From an uncultured Alphaproteobacteria bacterium (GTDB lineage: Bacteria; Pseudomonadota; Alphaproteobacteria; Geminicoccales; Geminicoccaceae), in NCBI GenBank assembly GCA_963730195.1, contig CAVSRN010000048.1:30466-94465 (forward strand): DNA of 64,000 nucleotides, in the 5' to 3' direction. The notes under the pieces are model-generated. The model made no database searches and was not told where the DNA came from. It saw only the letters and a list, made by a program, of their open reading frames with translations. Both the position numbers and the translations under genes were made by a program. Shown here one piece after another: positions 54,765 to 63,059 of the stretch (within the stretch, counting starts at the first letter, position 1; the number at the start of each line of letters is the position of its first letter).

Positions 54765-55195
54765 AGCTGCGAACCATCCAAACCGCCGACCCGCTGCCGG
54801 CAAGCCGCATCCGGCTGGAGTGGGACGACGGCTCCGAATCGGTCGTCGATCTCGCCCCGGTACTGGCCAAGGGCGGCGTCTTCGCCTTCCTTTCCGACGC
54901 CGCCGCTTTCAACGCCGTCACCGTCGGCGAGCGCGGCCGCACTCTGGTCTGGCGCGACCCCGAGGGCGACGAGATCGACCTCTGCGCCGACGCCCTCTGG
55001 CGCCTGGCGCATGAGGGCGACGACCGAAGCGGTCTGAGCCCGCGGCGGCCGGTTCCGCCAGCGCCACCCCCCGCCTTTGCAGCTAGACTGCCGCTTGCTT
55101 TCCCTTGGCCACGGCGCGCCGCGCGACGGTGGTCACCACCAGCTCGACCCGCCGGTCGAGACGGTTCAGGATGCGCACCAGCCGGTCGATGGTGA
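54761..55195 (+). CDS. DUF2442 domain protein (3' end uncertain)
   Basis: The ATG overlaps the DUF4160 stop (ATGA). The domain-like part ends near ...LWRLAHEG. The ORF tail overlaps the convergent antitoxin gene by about 110 nt. Confidence 0.6.
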   Translation: MKLRTIQTADPLPASRIRLEWDDGSESVVDLAPVLAKGGVFAFLSDAAAFNAVTVGERGRTLVWRDPEGDEIDLCADALWRLAHEGDDRSGLSPRRPVPPAPPPAFAARLPLAFPWPRRAARRWSPPARPAGRDGSGCAPAGRW

Positions 55196-55415
55196 AGCGG
55201 TCGATGTCGACCTTGCAGATGCGCGAGATGTCCGCGCGCTGCACCTCGGCGCGCTCGGCCGCGGCGGCGTGAGTGAGCCCCTGCTCGCGCATCGCCTTGA
55301 GGATCTCGGCAGCCAACGCCGATTTCATCTGCTCGGTGTCGGCATCGGCCAGGCCCAGGTCGCGGAACACGTTGCCGCTGCCTCGTACGACCTCGAGATC
55401 GTCGCCTTCGCTCAT
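55083..55415 (-). CDS. XRE-type HTH antitoxin (HigA-like)
   Basis: 110 aa (…LAAEILKAMREQGLTHAAAAERAEVQRADISRI…). AGGAGGA lies upstream. The ATG overlaps the toxin stop. Confidence 0.75.
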   Translation of the reverse strand: MSEGDDLEVVRGSGNVFRDLGLADADTEQMKSALAAEILKAMREQGLTHAAAAERAEVQRADISRICKVDIDRFTIDRLVRILNRLDRRVELVVTTVARRAVAKGKQAAV

Positions 55416-55750
55416 GACCGTTCCTCCTGCAACCGGCGCAACCGCTGCCGGATCAGCTCGATGTCCTGCTTGGGCGTCTTGATCCCGGCCTTCGATTTCT
55501 TCTGGAAGGCATGAACCACCCAGACCGCCGCACCCAGTCTCACCGCATACACGGCGCGGTAGGCGTCCGTGCGATGGGCGAGAGCGATCTCGAACACGCC
55601 GCTTCCGAGCCCGCGCAACGGCTTGGCGATCTCCGCCATTTCGCCCCGGGCGGCAGCGTCGAGCGCACGGGCCATCCGCCGCTGCACGGTCGTCGGAAAC
55701 CGCTCGAATGCCCTGCGCGCAGCCTTGACCCAGGCAATCTCGCGATCCAT
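55412..55750 (-). CDS. RelE/ParE-superfamily toxin (HigB / phage Gp49-like)
   Basis: 112 aa. GVFEIALAHRTDAYRAVYAVRLGAAVWVVHAFQKKSKAGIKTPKQDIELIRQR. Toxin-first order typical of higBA. Confidence 0.75.
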   Translation of the reverse strand: MDREIAWVKAARRAFERFPTTVQRRMARALDAAARGEMAEIAKPLRGLGSGVFEIALAHRTDAYRAVYAVRLGAAVWVVHAFQKKSKAGIKTPKQDIELIRQRLRRLQEERS

Positions 55751-55759
55751 CGCCGCATG

Positions 55760-55775
55760 GTGTCATATCTGACAC
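55760..55775. promoter_or_regulatory. palindrome GTGTCA-tatc-TGACAC upstream of the higBA-like operon (possible operator)
   Basis: Perfect 6-bp inverted arms 10 nt upstream of the toxin ATG, in the divergent intergenic region. Confidence 0.35.
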
Positions 55776-55891
55776 ATATGCGTCAACGACGGCTCTATGG
55801 CCAGTGGCGCGCGCTCACACTCGCCGCTTGGCATGCGCCTCAGGATACCGCAGAATGCTGCACGGAGCTGATTGAAACCTATCGTGACGCG

Positions 55892-57095
55892 ATGGCAGCG
55901 ACCCAGACCCTGCGGATCTTTCTGTCCTCGCCGGGCGACGTCGACGAGGAGCGGCAATGCGCTCGCGAGGCGGTCGCCGAGCTGCAGCGCGAGCCCCAGT
56001 TCGAGGCGGTCAAGCTCGAAGCCATCAGCTGGGACGATCCCCAGGCCCGCACGCCGCTTCCAGCACAACTCGGACCCCAGACCGCGATCGCGCGCGGCTT
56101 GCCGAAGCCATCGGAGTGCGACGTTGTCGTCGGCATTTTCTGGAGGCGAATTGGGTCACCGCTGCCCGTCGACACATACAGGAAACCCGACGGTAGCTCG
56201 TACATCTCAGGCACCGAGTACGAGTTGGAGGATGCTTTCAACGCCTCGCCAAGCCCCGACGTACTGCTCTACCGTCGGAGCGAGCAGCTGCGTTGGCCCG
56301 CCAGCGATCCTGCGCTGGGAGAAAAGCAGGAAACAGCTTGCGCGCCTGGACGCCTATCTCGAGTCCCTCGAGGCGACGCGGCGGTGCATCGACGCCTATC
56401 TGGCGCCCACCGAGCTGAAGGAGCGCCTGAAGCGCGATCTGCGCCAGCTTCTCGCCCGCAGGAGCTCCAAGCCTACTCCCCACGCCAGCGGCGAAAATCA
56501 GTTCGACGTTTTTCTGAGTTATTCTCACGACGACGCCAGTTGTGTTGAGCAGTTGGCATGCGTTTTAGAGGATATTCATAAATTCCGTGTCTGGTTGGAT
56601 AAGTGGATCCTGCCACCAGGAAAATTATGGCAGCAAGAAATCTTCAGAGCTCTGACCCAGACCGCTGCATGCGTTATATGTATTGGATCTTCTACGCCAA
56701 AGGGTTGGTTCTTGCAGGAAATCCACCGGGCTCTTAACATCCAGAGCAAAGATGAGAACTTCAGTGTTATACCTGTGATACTGCCAGGCGGCCACGAGAA
56801 TATGATAGATGATTTCCTAGAGCTTCACACATGGGTTGATTTATCAAGCGGCCTTAAGTCCGAGGAAGCAATGCATTTACTGATATGCGGAATTAAAAAA
56901 ATTGCGCCAGGCCGGTTTGTGTCTGCACGAGCCGAGTCTGCAAAAATGACGGTAACTCCAGTGATCACGAGGCTAAAAGAACTGGCAGAGTTACGTGAAC
57001 AAAAGATTATTGATGAGGACGTCCATAAGAGATTCCAAATAAATATGCTTGAGGACTATCTTCAAATCGAAGGAGTCGGCGATGTCAAACTGTGA
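55892..57095 (+). pseudogene. DUF4062 - TIR - SHOCT-like three-domain protein, one frame break
   Basis: MAATQTLRIFLSSPGDVDEERQ... (DUF4062 signature) is in the frame of track ORF 55511..56548. LARLDAYLESL...FDVFLSYSHDD...GWFLQEIHRAL (TIR) and ITRLKELAELREQKIIDEDVHKRF (SHOCT-like) are in ORF 55872..57095. Indel in an A-rich stretch at about 56325-56335. Start could be 55778. Confidence 0.7.
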
Positions 57096-58534
57096 ATACG
57101 ACATCTTCCTAAGTTACCGGCACACTCGACTCCGCTCTAGTGGGAGAACTGGCACATCTTTTGACAATCAGTAAGATAAATGTTTGGCTAGATCAATGGG
57201 AAATTGCACCGGGTGCTAGTTTCGTTGCTCAAATTAACGAGAGCATGGCAAAGGCTGCAACGATTGGTTTGTGCATAGGAGAGCGAGCGGGATCGACCCG
57301 TCAAGCGGATGGGATACACGACGTACTCGAACTGCGGGCAACTCGGCCTCATGTTACGGTCATCCCCATTTTACTTCCTAATGCTGATACTACCAATCTG
57401 CCGGTTGAGTTCAAAAAAAATAGTCAGTTCGTGGACTTAAGTCGCGGATTTGGAGACGAGCGTGGATTGAGAAGGCTGGTGACGACCCTGACGAGCGCTC
57501 TTAATGATCTCGGTATGCTGTTGCGGGAGGAGGGGAACTTGGTGGGCTCTAGAGCCTGCTTTGAGCGAGCGCTGCGGATCGACAAGTCTAGTTTTGGCTC
57601 CGACCACCCAAATGTTGCGATCGACGTCAATAACCTGGGCGGTGTCCTGAAGGACCTGGGGGATCTGGTGGGTGCCAAAGCGGCATTCGGGCGGGCGCTT
57701 GAGATCGACGAAAGGACGCTCGGCCCCGACCACCCCAACGTCGCCGTACGGGTCAACAACCTCGGCTCGGTGCTGAAGGAGCTGGGCGATTTGGCAGGTG
57801 CTAGCGCTGCCTTCGAAAAAGCGCTTAGGATCGACGAGGCGAGTTTCGGCGATGACCACCCCGAAGTCGCCACCGACCTCAACAACCTGGGCTTAGTCCT
57901 GAAGGACATGGGCGATCTGGCGCGCGCCAGGGTGGCCCTTGAGCGGGCGCTGATGATCTTCGAGCGTGTTCTCGGACCAGACCACCCCAAAGTCGCTACG
58001 AGCGTAAACAACCTGGGCTCGGTGCTCAGCGCTCTGGGCGATCTGGGCGGCGCTAAAGCAGCGTTCGCGCGGGCGCTTGAGATCGACGAGGCGAGCTTCG
58101 GGCCCGAGCACCCAAACATCCGAGTCAACAACCTGGGCTATGCACTGCGCGCCGAAGGCGATTTGGCGGGCGCGAGGGCAGCCTTCGAACGGGCGCTTCG
58201 GATCGGAGAAGTGAGCTTCGGCCCCGACCATCCCGAGGTCGCCAGAGACGTCAACAACCTGGGCTTGGTGCTGCGAGCGCAGGGTGATCTGGCGAGCGCC
58301 AGAGCGGCGTTCGAGCGGGCGCTCGCGATCGACGAGGCGAGCTTCGGGCCCGACCACCCCAACGTCGCCAGAGACGTCAGCAACCTGGGCTGGGTGCTGA
58401 AGGCCCAGGGCGATCTGGCGGGCGCCGGGGCGGCCTTCGAGCGGGCGCTTTCGATCTTCGAGCGCTTCCTCGGGCCGGATCATACGAACACGCGCAAGGC
58501 GCGCGGCAACCTGGAGCGCCTCGGCGTCGGTTGA
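57082..58534 (+). pseudogene. TIR - TPR (kinesin-light-chain-type, 8 units) protein, one frame break
   Basis: ATG 57082 after AAGGAG, overlapping the upstream stop by 14 nt (MSNCEYDIFLSYRH). LDSALVGELAHLL...WLDQWEIAPGASF and eight ~42-aa TPR units are in ORF 57140..58534. Indel at about 57115-57125. Confidence 0.7.
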
Positions 58535-58560
58535 AGCTCCCTGGCATCAGCCGGCCCGAG

Positions 58561-58778
58561 GAGAGAAAAGGTGTCAGGAGGAGAGAAAAGGTGTCAGGAA
58601 CCTTTCTTACAAGCGCGAGAGAAAAGGTGACAGGAACCTTTCTTACAAGCGCGGCAGAAAGGGAGGTGGCCGCTTGTGGAGAGAAAAGGTGTCAGGAACC
58701 TTTCTTACAAGCGCGGGAGAGAAAAGGTGTCAGGAACCTTTCTTACAAGCGCGGCAGAAAAGGGGGCGGCCGCTTGTG
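58561..58778. repeat. cluster of the same hairpin repeat family (4.5 core copies arranged as a ~100-bp unit duplicated in tandem)
   Basis: The core gagagaaaaggtg(t/a)caggaacctttcttacaagcgcg occurs at 58581, 58618, 58679 and 58717, with a partial copy at 58561. Every second core is followed by gcagaaa(a)ggg(a/g)gg(t/c)ggccgcttgtg. Confidence 0.85.
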
Positions 58779-58884
58779 GCGAGGGATCTACGTCGCCTGG
58801 GTCACAGGCGTCTTGGGGGAAAATCCTGGATTCGAGCCTTGCAGCCAATGGGCCCCCCGGCACCGGGCCGGAGGGCACCAGGGC

Positions 58885-59346
58885 TCACGGCCACCAGTCG
58901 GTGGTGATCTGGTCGAAGGCATAGGGACAGGCGAGGGGCAGGGCGTCGGCGGCGGCCTGCTCGCCATGGTCGCTGAGCGTGCCCAGAGCGTTGCGCCGGG
59001 CGATCGCATAGACGCGCGTCAGCTCGTCCCCCAGGGCTTGGCGCAGCCGCGGCGTGAGCCCGAGCTCGAGCCGGGCGCGGTGCTCGCGCACCGTCGCGCG
59101 CCAGCCGTTCCGCGGGTCCTGGGCCGGGCTGTGGGCGAGCTTCAGGAGATGCTCGATCACGACCCGCGCGTTGCTGAGCACCGCCTCGCGCTGCACGTCG
59201 CCAGCCTCCAGGGTGGCCTCGATCAGATGGTCCAGATCGAGCGCGTTGAAGCGCCGGGACCGCAGGAGCGCCGCCTGCTGCCGGGTCCAGGCGTAGAAGT
59301 CCTGCTCGTAGAGTTGCTGAGGCGCGGGTTCGACCTTGGTCGCCAT
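58885..59346 (-). CDS. DUF29 domain protein
   Basis: YEQDFYAWTRQQAALLRSRRFNALDLDHLIE...VIEHLLKL...CPYAFDQI. ATG 59346 (a GTG at 59349 is also possible). Confidence 0.75.
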   Translation of the reverse strand: MATKVEPAPQQLYEQDFYAWTRQQAALLRSRRFNALDLDHLIEATLEAGDVQREAVLSNARVVIEHLLKLAHSPAQDPRNGWRATVREHRARLELGLTPRLRQALGDELTRVYAIARRNALGTLSDHGEQAAADALPLACPYAFDQITTDWWP

Positions 59347-59494
59347 CACTAAGCTCCGGCTTTGACAGCTTGGGACAAGCTATCACAACCCGCGCCAAGC
59401 GTGGAGGATGCGGCCGCGCCCGTCCCCCGGCGCAACTCTGCTCTGGCGCCGAGCCGCGCCCTTTGCGTTAACGCGCTCTGGCGGCGCCCGGGCG

Positions 59495-59596
59495 TCCTAC
59501 GAGCGCGCGTTGGCGATCTGGGAGCACGTGCTCGGGGAGCATCATCCGAACACGCGCACCGTGCGCGCCAACCTGGACAGCCTCGGTGGCGGTTGA
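59495..59596 (+). pseudogene. remnant of a TPR-protein C-terminus
   Basis: SYERALAIWEHVLGEHHPNTRTVRANLDSLGGG* parallels the end of the TIR-TPR gene (FERALSIFERFLGPDHTNTRKARGNLERLGVG*). The nucleotides after the stop (ggttgaagct) also match. Confidence 0.55.
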
Positions 59597-60082
59597 AGCT
59601 TCCGGCGACCACCGGTGCAGCGCACTTCTGTGTCAGATGTGGCGCCTGTGGCGCATGGAGGCGTGCCGCAACCGGGCGCCAGCCGCCTTCCCCGAATTCT
59701 ACCAACCTTGCCGCCCGAAGGCCATGGTCATTGAGCAGATATTTGGTCACTCCTGAAGCTTATTTCACGATGACTGTGTATATGTTCTCGTAACGAGATT
59801 GATCCTCGGATCAAGCGGATCAATGGTCGGTTGATGCTCCGTTTGACTTGCCCCAGGAGTTCCTCACTTTGAATAAATCATGCGTCACCGATGCGCCACT
59901 CATGCGCCACTCAACAATCAAAGAGTCCTCACCCGCAAGCTCTTCGGTAGAACACAGGCCTACGATCTCAGACGGTCGGCCATCGCACAGCTTTCCACCG
60001 CCGAAGAGAAACTGGTTGGTAGCCATGGCTACACTACGCCAGTGATCGGATCATCGACAAACCATTGACGCCGGCAGAGACT

Positions 60083-61810
60083 TCAGCGGAGGCGCCAGCG
60101 TTGGGTGCGGGCGAGGACGCCGCGGGTGGCGAGCATGTGGATCAGCCGCGCGGCGACGTTGGTGTAGAAGATCATCATGCCCATCGCCGCGGCCGGCGCG
60201 ATGTCGCCGGCGTCGTCCATGTTGAGGACCGCGACCGAGGCCAGCGTCGTGTCCGGGCCATAGAGAAAAACGACCGCGGAAACCGTGGTCATGGCGTTGA
60301 CGAACAGATAGATCGAGATGTCGAGGATCGGCACCAGGCAGACCGGCACCGTCACCCGCCAGAAGGTCTTGTAGAAGGGCTGCTTCAACGACGCCGAGAC
60401 CGCCTCGAACTCGGGGTCGAGCTGCTTGAGCGCGGTGACCGCGGTCAGGTGGGCGACCGTGTAGAAGTGGGTGATGGTCGCGATCACCAGGATTGGCCAT
60501 CGTGTGATAGATCACGTTCAAGGGATTATGTCGGTGCGTTGAAGAAGAAGATATAGGCGAGCCCGAGCACCAGGCCCGGGACCGCCATCGGCAACATGGC
60601 GAACAGTTGGAAGAGGGTGCGCGCCGGCGCGGAAACCTTGCGCCTTCTCGACCAGATAGGCGCCGAGGAAGACGACGATGGTGCCGAACAGGGCGGTCCA
60701 GAGGCCGAGCTGGATCGAGTTGTAGTAGGACGACCAGCCGCCGCCGTCCATCAGGTCGAACCGGTAGTTCTTGAGGCCGAGCTCGAGGTTGTAGGGATAG
60801 AACTTGACCAGCGCAGCGTACTGGCAGGTGCCGAGGATGCCGAGGATGAACAGGCTGACCAGCAGAAGGTAGCCCAGCATCAGGAGGTCGAAGCGGCGGC
60901 TGGGCAGGGGTGTGAGCGGCACCGCGCGGGCGGAAAGCAGCGCCACCTGGCGCTTTTGGACCAGCCGGTCGACCAGGAAGGCGAACGCCGCCGGGATCAG
61001 GAGCACCACGCTGACGACCGCGCCCATCTCGAAGTTCTGCTGGCCGATCACCTGCTTGTAGACGTCGGTTGCGAGCACGTCGTAACCGCCGCCGATCACC
61101 TTGGGCGCGCCGAAGTCGGTGAAGGCCAGGGTGAACACCACGAAGGCGGCGCTGATCAGGCCGTAGCGCACGCCCGGCAGCGGTGACCGAGAGGAAGATC
61201 CGGGGCTTGCTCGCGCGCAGCGCCAGCGCCGCCTCGTAGAGCCTGGCGTCGGCGACCGAGAGCGCGGTCAGGACGATAATCAGCGCGTGCGGCAGCGTGA
61301 AGAAGACCTCGGCGATCACGATGCCGATCGGGCCGTAGATGTCGTGGCCGAACATCAGCCCATTTGATCAGGCCCTGGTTGCCGAACAGGTAGACCAGCG
61401 CGATGCCCGGGCAGGAGCGAGGGCACCAGGATCGGCACCATCGCAATGGTCTTGAACAGGCCCTTGGCCGGGACGCAGCTGCGGGTCAGCGCGTAGGCGA
61501 ACACGAACGCCAGCGGCACGGTGATGCCGGTCGTGATCAGCGCGACGTGCAGGCTGTTGCAGATCGAATAGGACAGCGCCGGGGTCGCGAAGTAACGGGC
61601 GTAGTTGGCAAGGCCGATGAAGCTGCCGTCGTGGGCCCGGAAGCTCTTCGAGAGCATGGCGTAGAGCGGCAGCACCAGGGTGATCACCAGGTAGAGCCCG
61701 ATCACCGCCATCAGAAGGCGCATCAGCAGAGCGTCGCGCCCGAGCCGCGGCCGTATTACTGTTCCAAGCGCCGCCGGTACTATGGTCGCGGACCTAGCCA
61801 TCGGGGTCAC
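60083..61810 (-). pseudogene. two-domain ABC transporter permease (iron(III)/2-aminoethylphosphonate type), about six frame breaks
   Basis: The continuous permease sequence can be read only by joining ORFs 61355..61810, 61156..61446, 60051..61355 (part), 60518..61171, two short unlisted frames and 60083..60487. Breaks near 61410, 61358, 61175, 60625, 60530 and 60495. Confidence 0.75.
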
Positions 61811-62921
61811 CCTCGAACACCCGCAGGCGCTCGGCGGGCAAGGTCACGGCCAGCGTCTGGCCGACCTCGATGCTCTGGCGGCGGACCAGGTTGATCGAGA
61901 AGTCGGCGCAGCAGCGCTGGTCGGCGAAGCCGCCGAGCGCAAGATCGGCGCGCACGAACGAGCCCAGGAACTCGAGCCCCTCGACCCGGGCCGCGAAGGT
62001 GTTGGGCGCGTCGCTCGCGCCGTCCTGGACCAACAGGTCCTCCGGTCGGACGGCGAGGGTCACCGGCGTGCCCGGCGCCAAAGCATCGAGCCGCCCGGGC
62101 AGCCCGATCTCGATCTCGGCAAGATGCACCCGGTCCGGGCCCGCGACCGTGCCCGGCAGGAAGTTCATGGTGCCGATGAAGTCGGCGACGAAGCGGGTTA
62201 CCGGCTCGCGGTAGATCTCGAGCGGCGTGCCGACCTGGTCGATCACGCCCTGATTCATGACCACGATCCGATCGGCCATGGTCAGCGCCTCCTCCTGGTC
62301 GTGGGTGACCATGATCGTGGTCACCCCGAGCCGGCGCTGGAGGGTCCGGACCTCCTGGCGGAGCCGGGCGCGGACCTTGGCATCGAGCGCCGAGAGCGGC
62401 TCGTCGAGCAACAGGAGGCCGGGCGAGGGCGCCAGCGCCCGGGCGAGCGCCACCCGCTGCTGCTGCCCGCCCGAGAGCTGGGCCGGATATTTGTCGCCCT
62501 GGTCGGCGAGCCCGACCAGATCGAGCAATTCGTCGACCCGGGCCTCGATCGCGGCCCGCCGCGCCCGTCGGCTCTCGAGCCCGTAGGCGATGTTTCTGGC
62601 GACCGTGAGGTTGGGGAACAGGGCGTAGGACTGGAACACGATGCCGAAGTCGCGCTCGGCGGGCGGCAGGGCCGAGATCTCGCGGCCGGCCTGCTCGATC
62701 CGGCCGCTCGACTGGACGTCGAGCCCGGCGATCGCGCGCAAAAGCGTGGTCTTGCCGCAGCCCGACGGCCCGAGGAAGCAGACGAACTCGCGCTCGAAGA
62801 TCTCGAGCGAGATGTCGTCGAGCGCGGTGAAGCCGCCGAACCGCTTGGTCAGGCCCTCGATCCGCAGATAAGGGGCGCCTGCCTCGGTTGCCGCCACCAC
62901 GTCTGGCACCTCCCTGCCCAT
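61794..62921 (-). CDS. ABC transporter ATP-binding protein (PotA/FbpC/PhnT-like, with C-terminal TOBE-like domain)
   Basis: Walker A GPSGCGKTT, LSGGQQQRVALARAL, LLLLDEP. Intact 375-aa ORF. Confidence 0.9.
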   Translation of the reverse strand: MGREVPDVVAATEAGAPYLRIEGLTKRFGGFTALDDISLEIFEREFVCFLGPSGCGKTTLLRAIAGLDVQSSGRIEQAGREISALPPAERDFGIVFQSYALFPNLTVARNIAYGLESRRARRAAIEARVDELLDLVGLADQGDKYPAQLSGGQQQRVALARALAPSPGLLLLDEPLSALDAKVRARLRQEVRTLQRRLGVTTIMVTHDQEEALTMADRIVVMNQGVIDQVGTPLEIYREPVTRFVADFIGTMNFLPGTVAGPDRVHLAEIEIGLPGRLDALAPGTPVTLAVRPEDLLVQDGASDAPNTFAARVEGLEFLGSFVRADLALGGFADQRCCADFSINLVRRQSIEVGQTLAVTLPAERLRVFEGDPDG

Positions 62922-63059
62922 CGCCGGCTACCTGCAGGGCGCGGCGGACGGCCCACCCCGATCGTTGGCGCGTCGCGCCAAGAGCGATGCCGCAACCGGC
63001 GGACGCACTACATGATTGAGCGCCACGACGCAGCCCGCGTCGTTCATGGAGGCACCAAG

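Noticed and set aside
57500-58530. 126-bp periodic nucleotide repeats, considered as a non-coding satellite.
   Set aside because: The periodicity corresponds exactly to eight in-frame 42-aa TPR units of the TIR-TPR gene, one of them shortened by 2 aa. It is coding repeat structure, not a satellite.
58561-58778. Possible CRISPR array: regularly spaced ~37-nt repeats with a palindromic core.
   Set aside because: - The cores abut each other directly.
- The only 'spacer' (gcagaaagggaggtggccgcttgtg) is itself repeated almost identically.
- The structure is a ~100-bp unit duplicated in tandem.
- The same hairpin occurs dispersed at 50.0 and 50.4 kb.
- No cas genes are present in the window.
58800-58860. 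tRNA-like T-arm fragment (cctggattcgagcc), and a general look for tRNA, rRNA or tmRNA genes across the window.
   Set aside because: No acceptor, D or anticodon arms can be drawn around it. No other GGTTCGA-type T-loop with cloverleaf context was found, so no RNA gene is supported.
59820-60026. Minus-strand 68-aa ORF containing VRNSWG, reminiscent of the NSWG motif of papain-like (C1) peptidases.
   Set aside because: Only this tetrapeptide matches. There is no catalytic Cys/His context, the ORF is short, and the segment is AT-rich and orphan. Evidence is insufficient for a call; it is mentioned only as part of the orphan segment.
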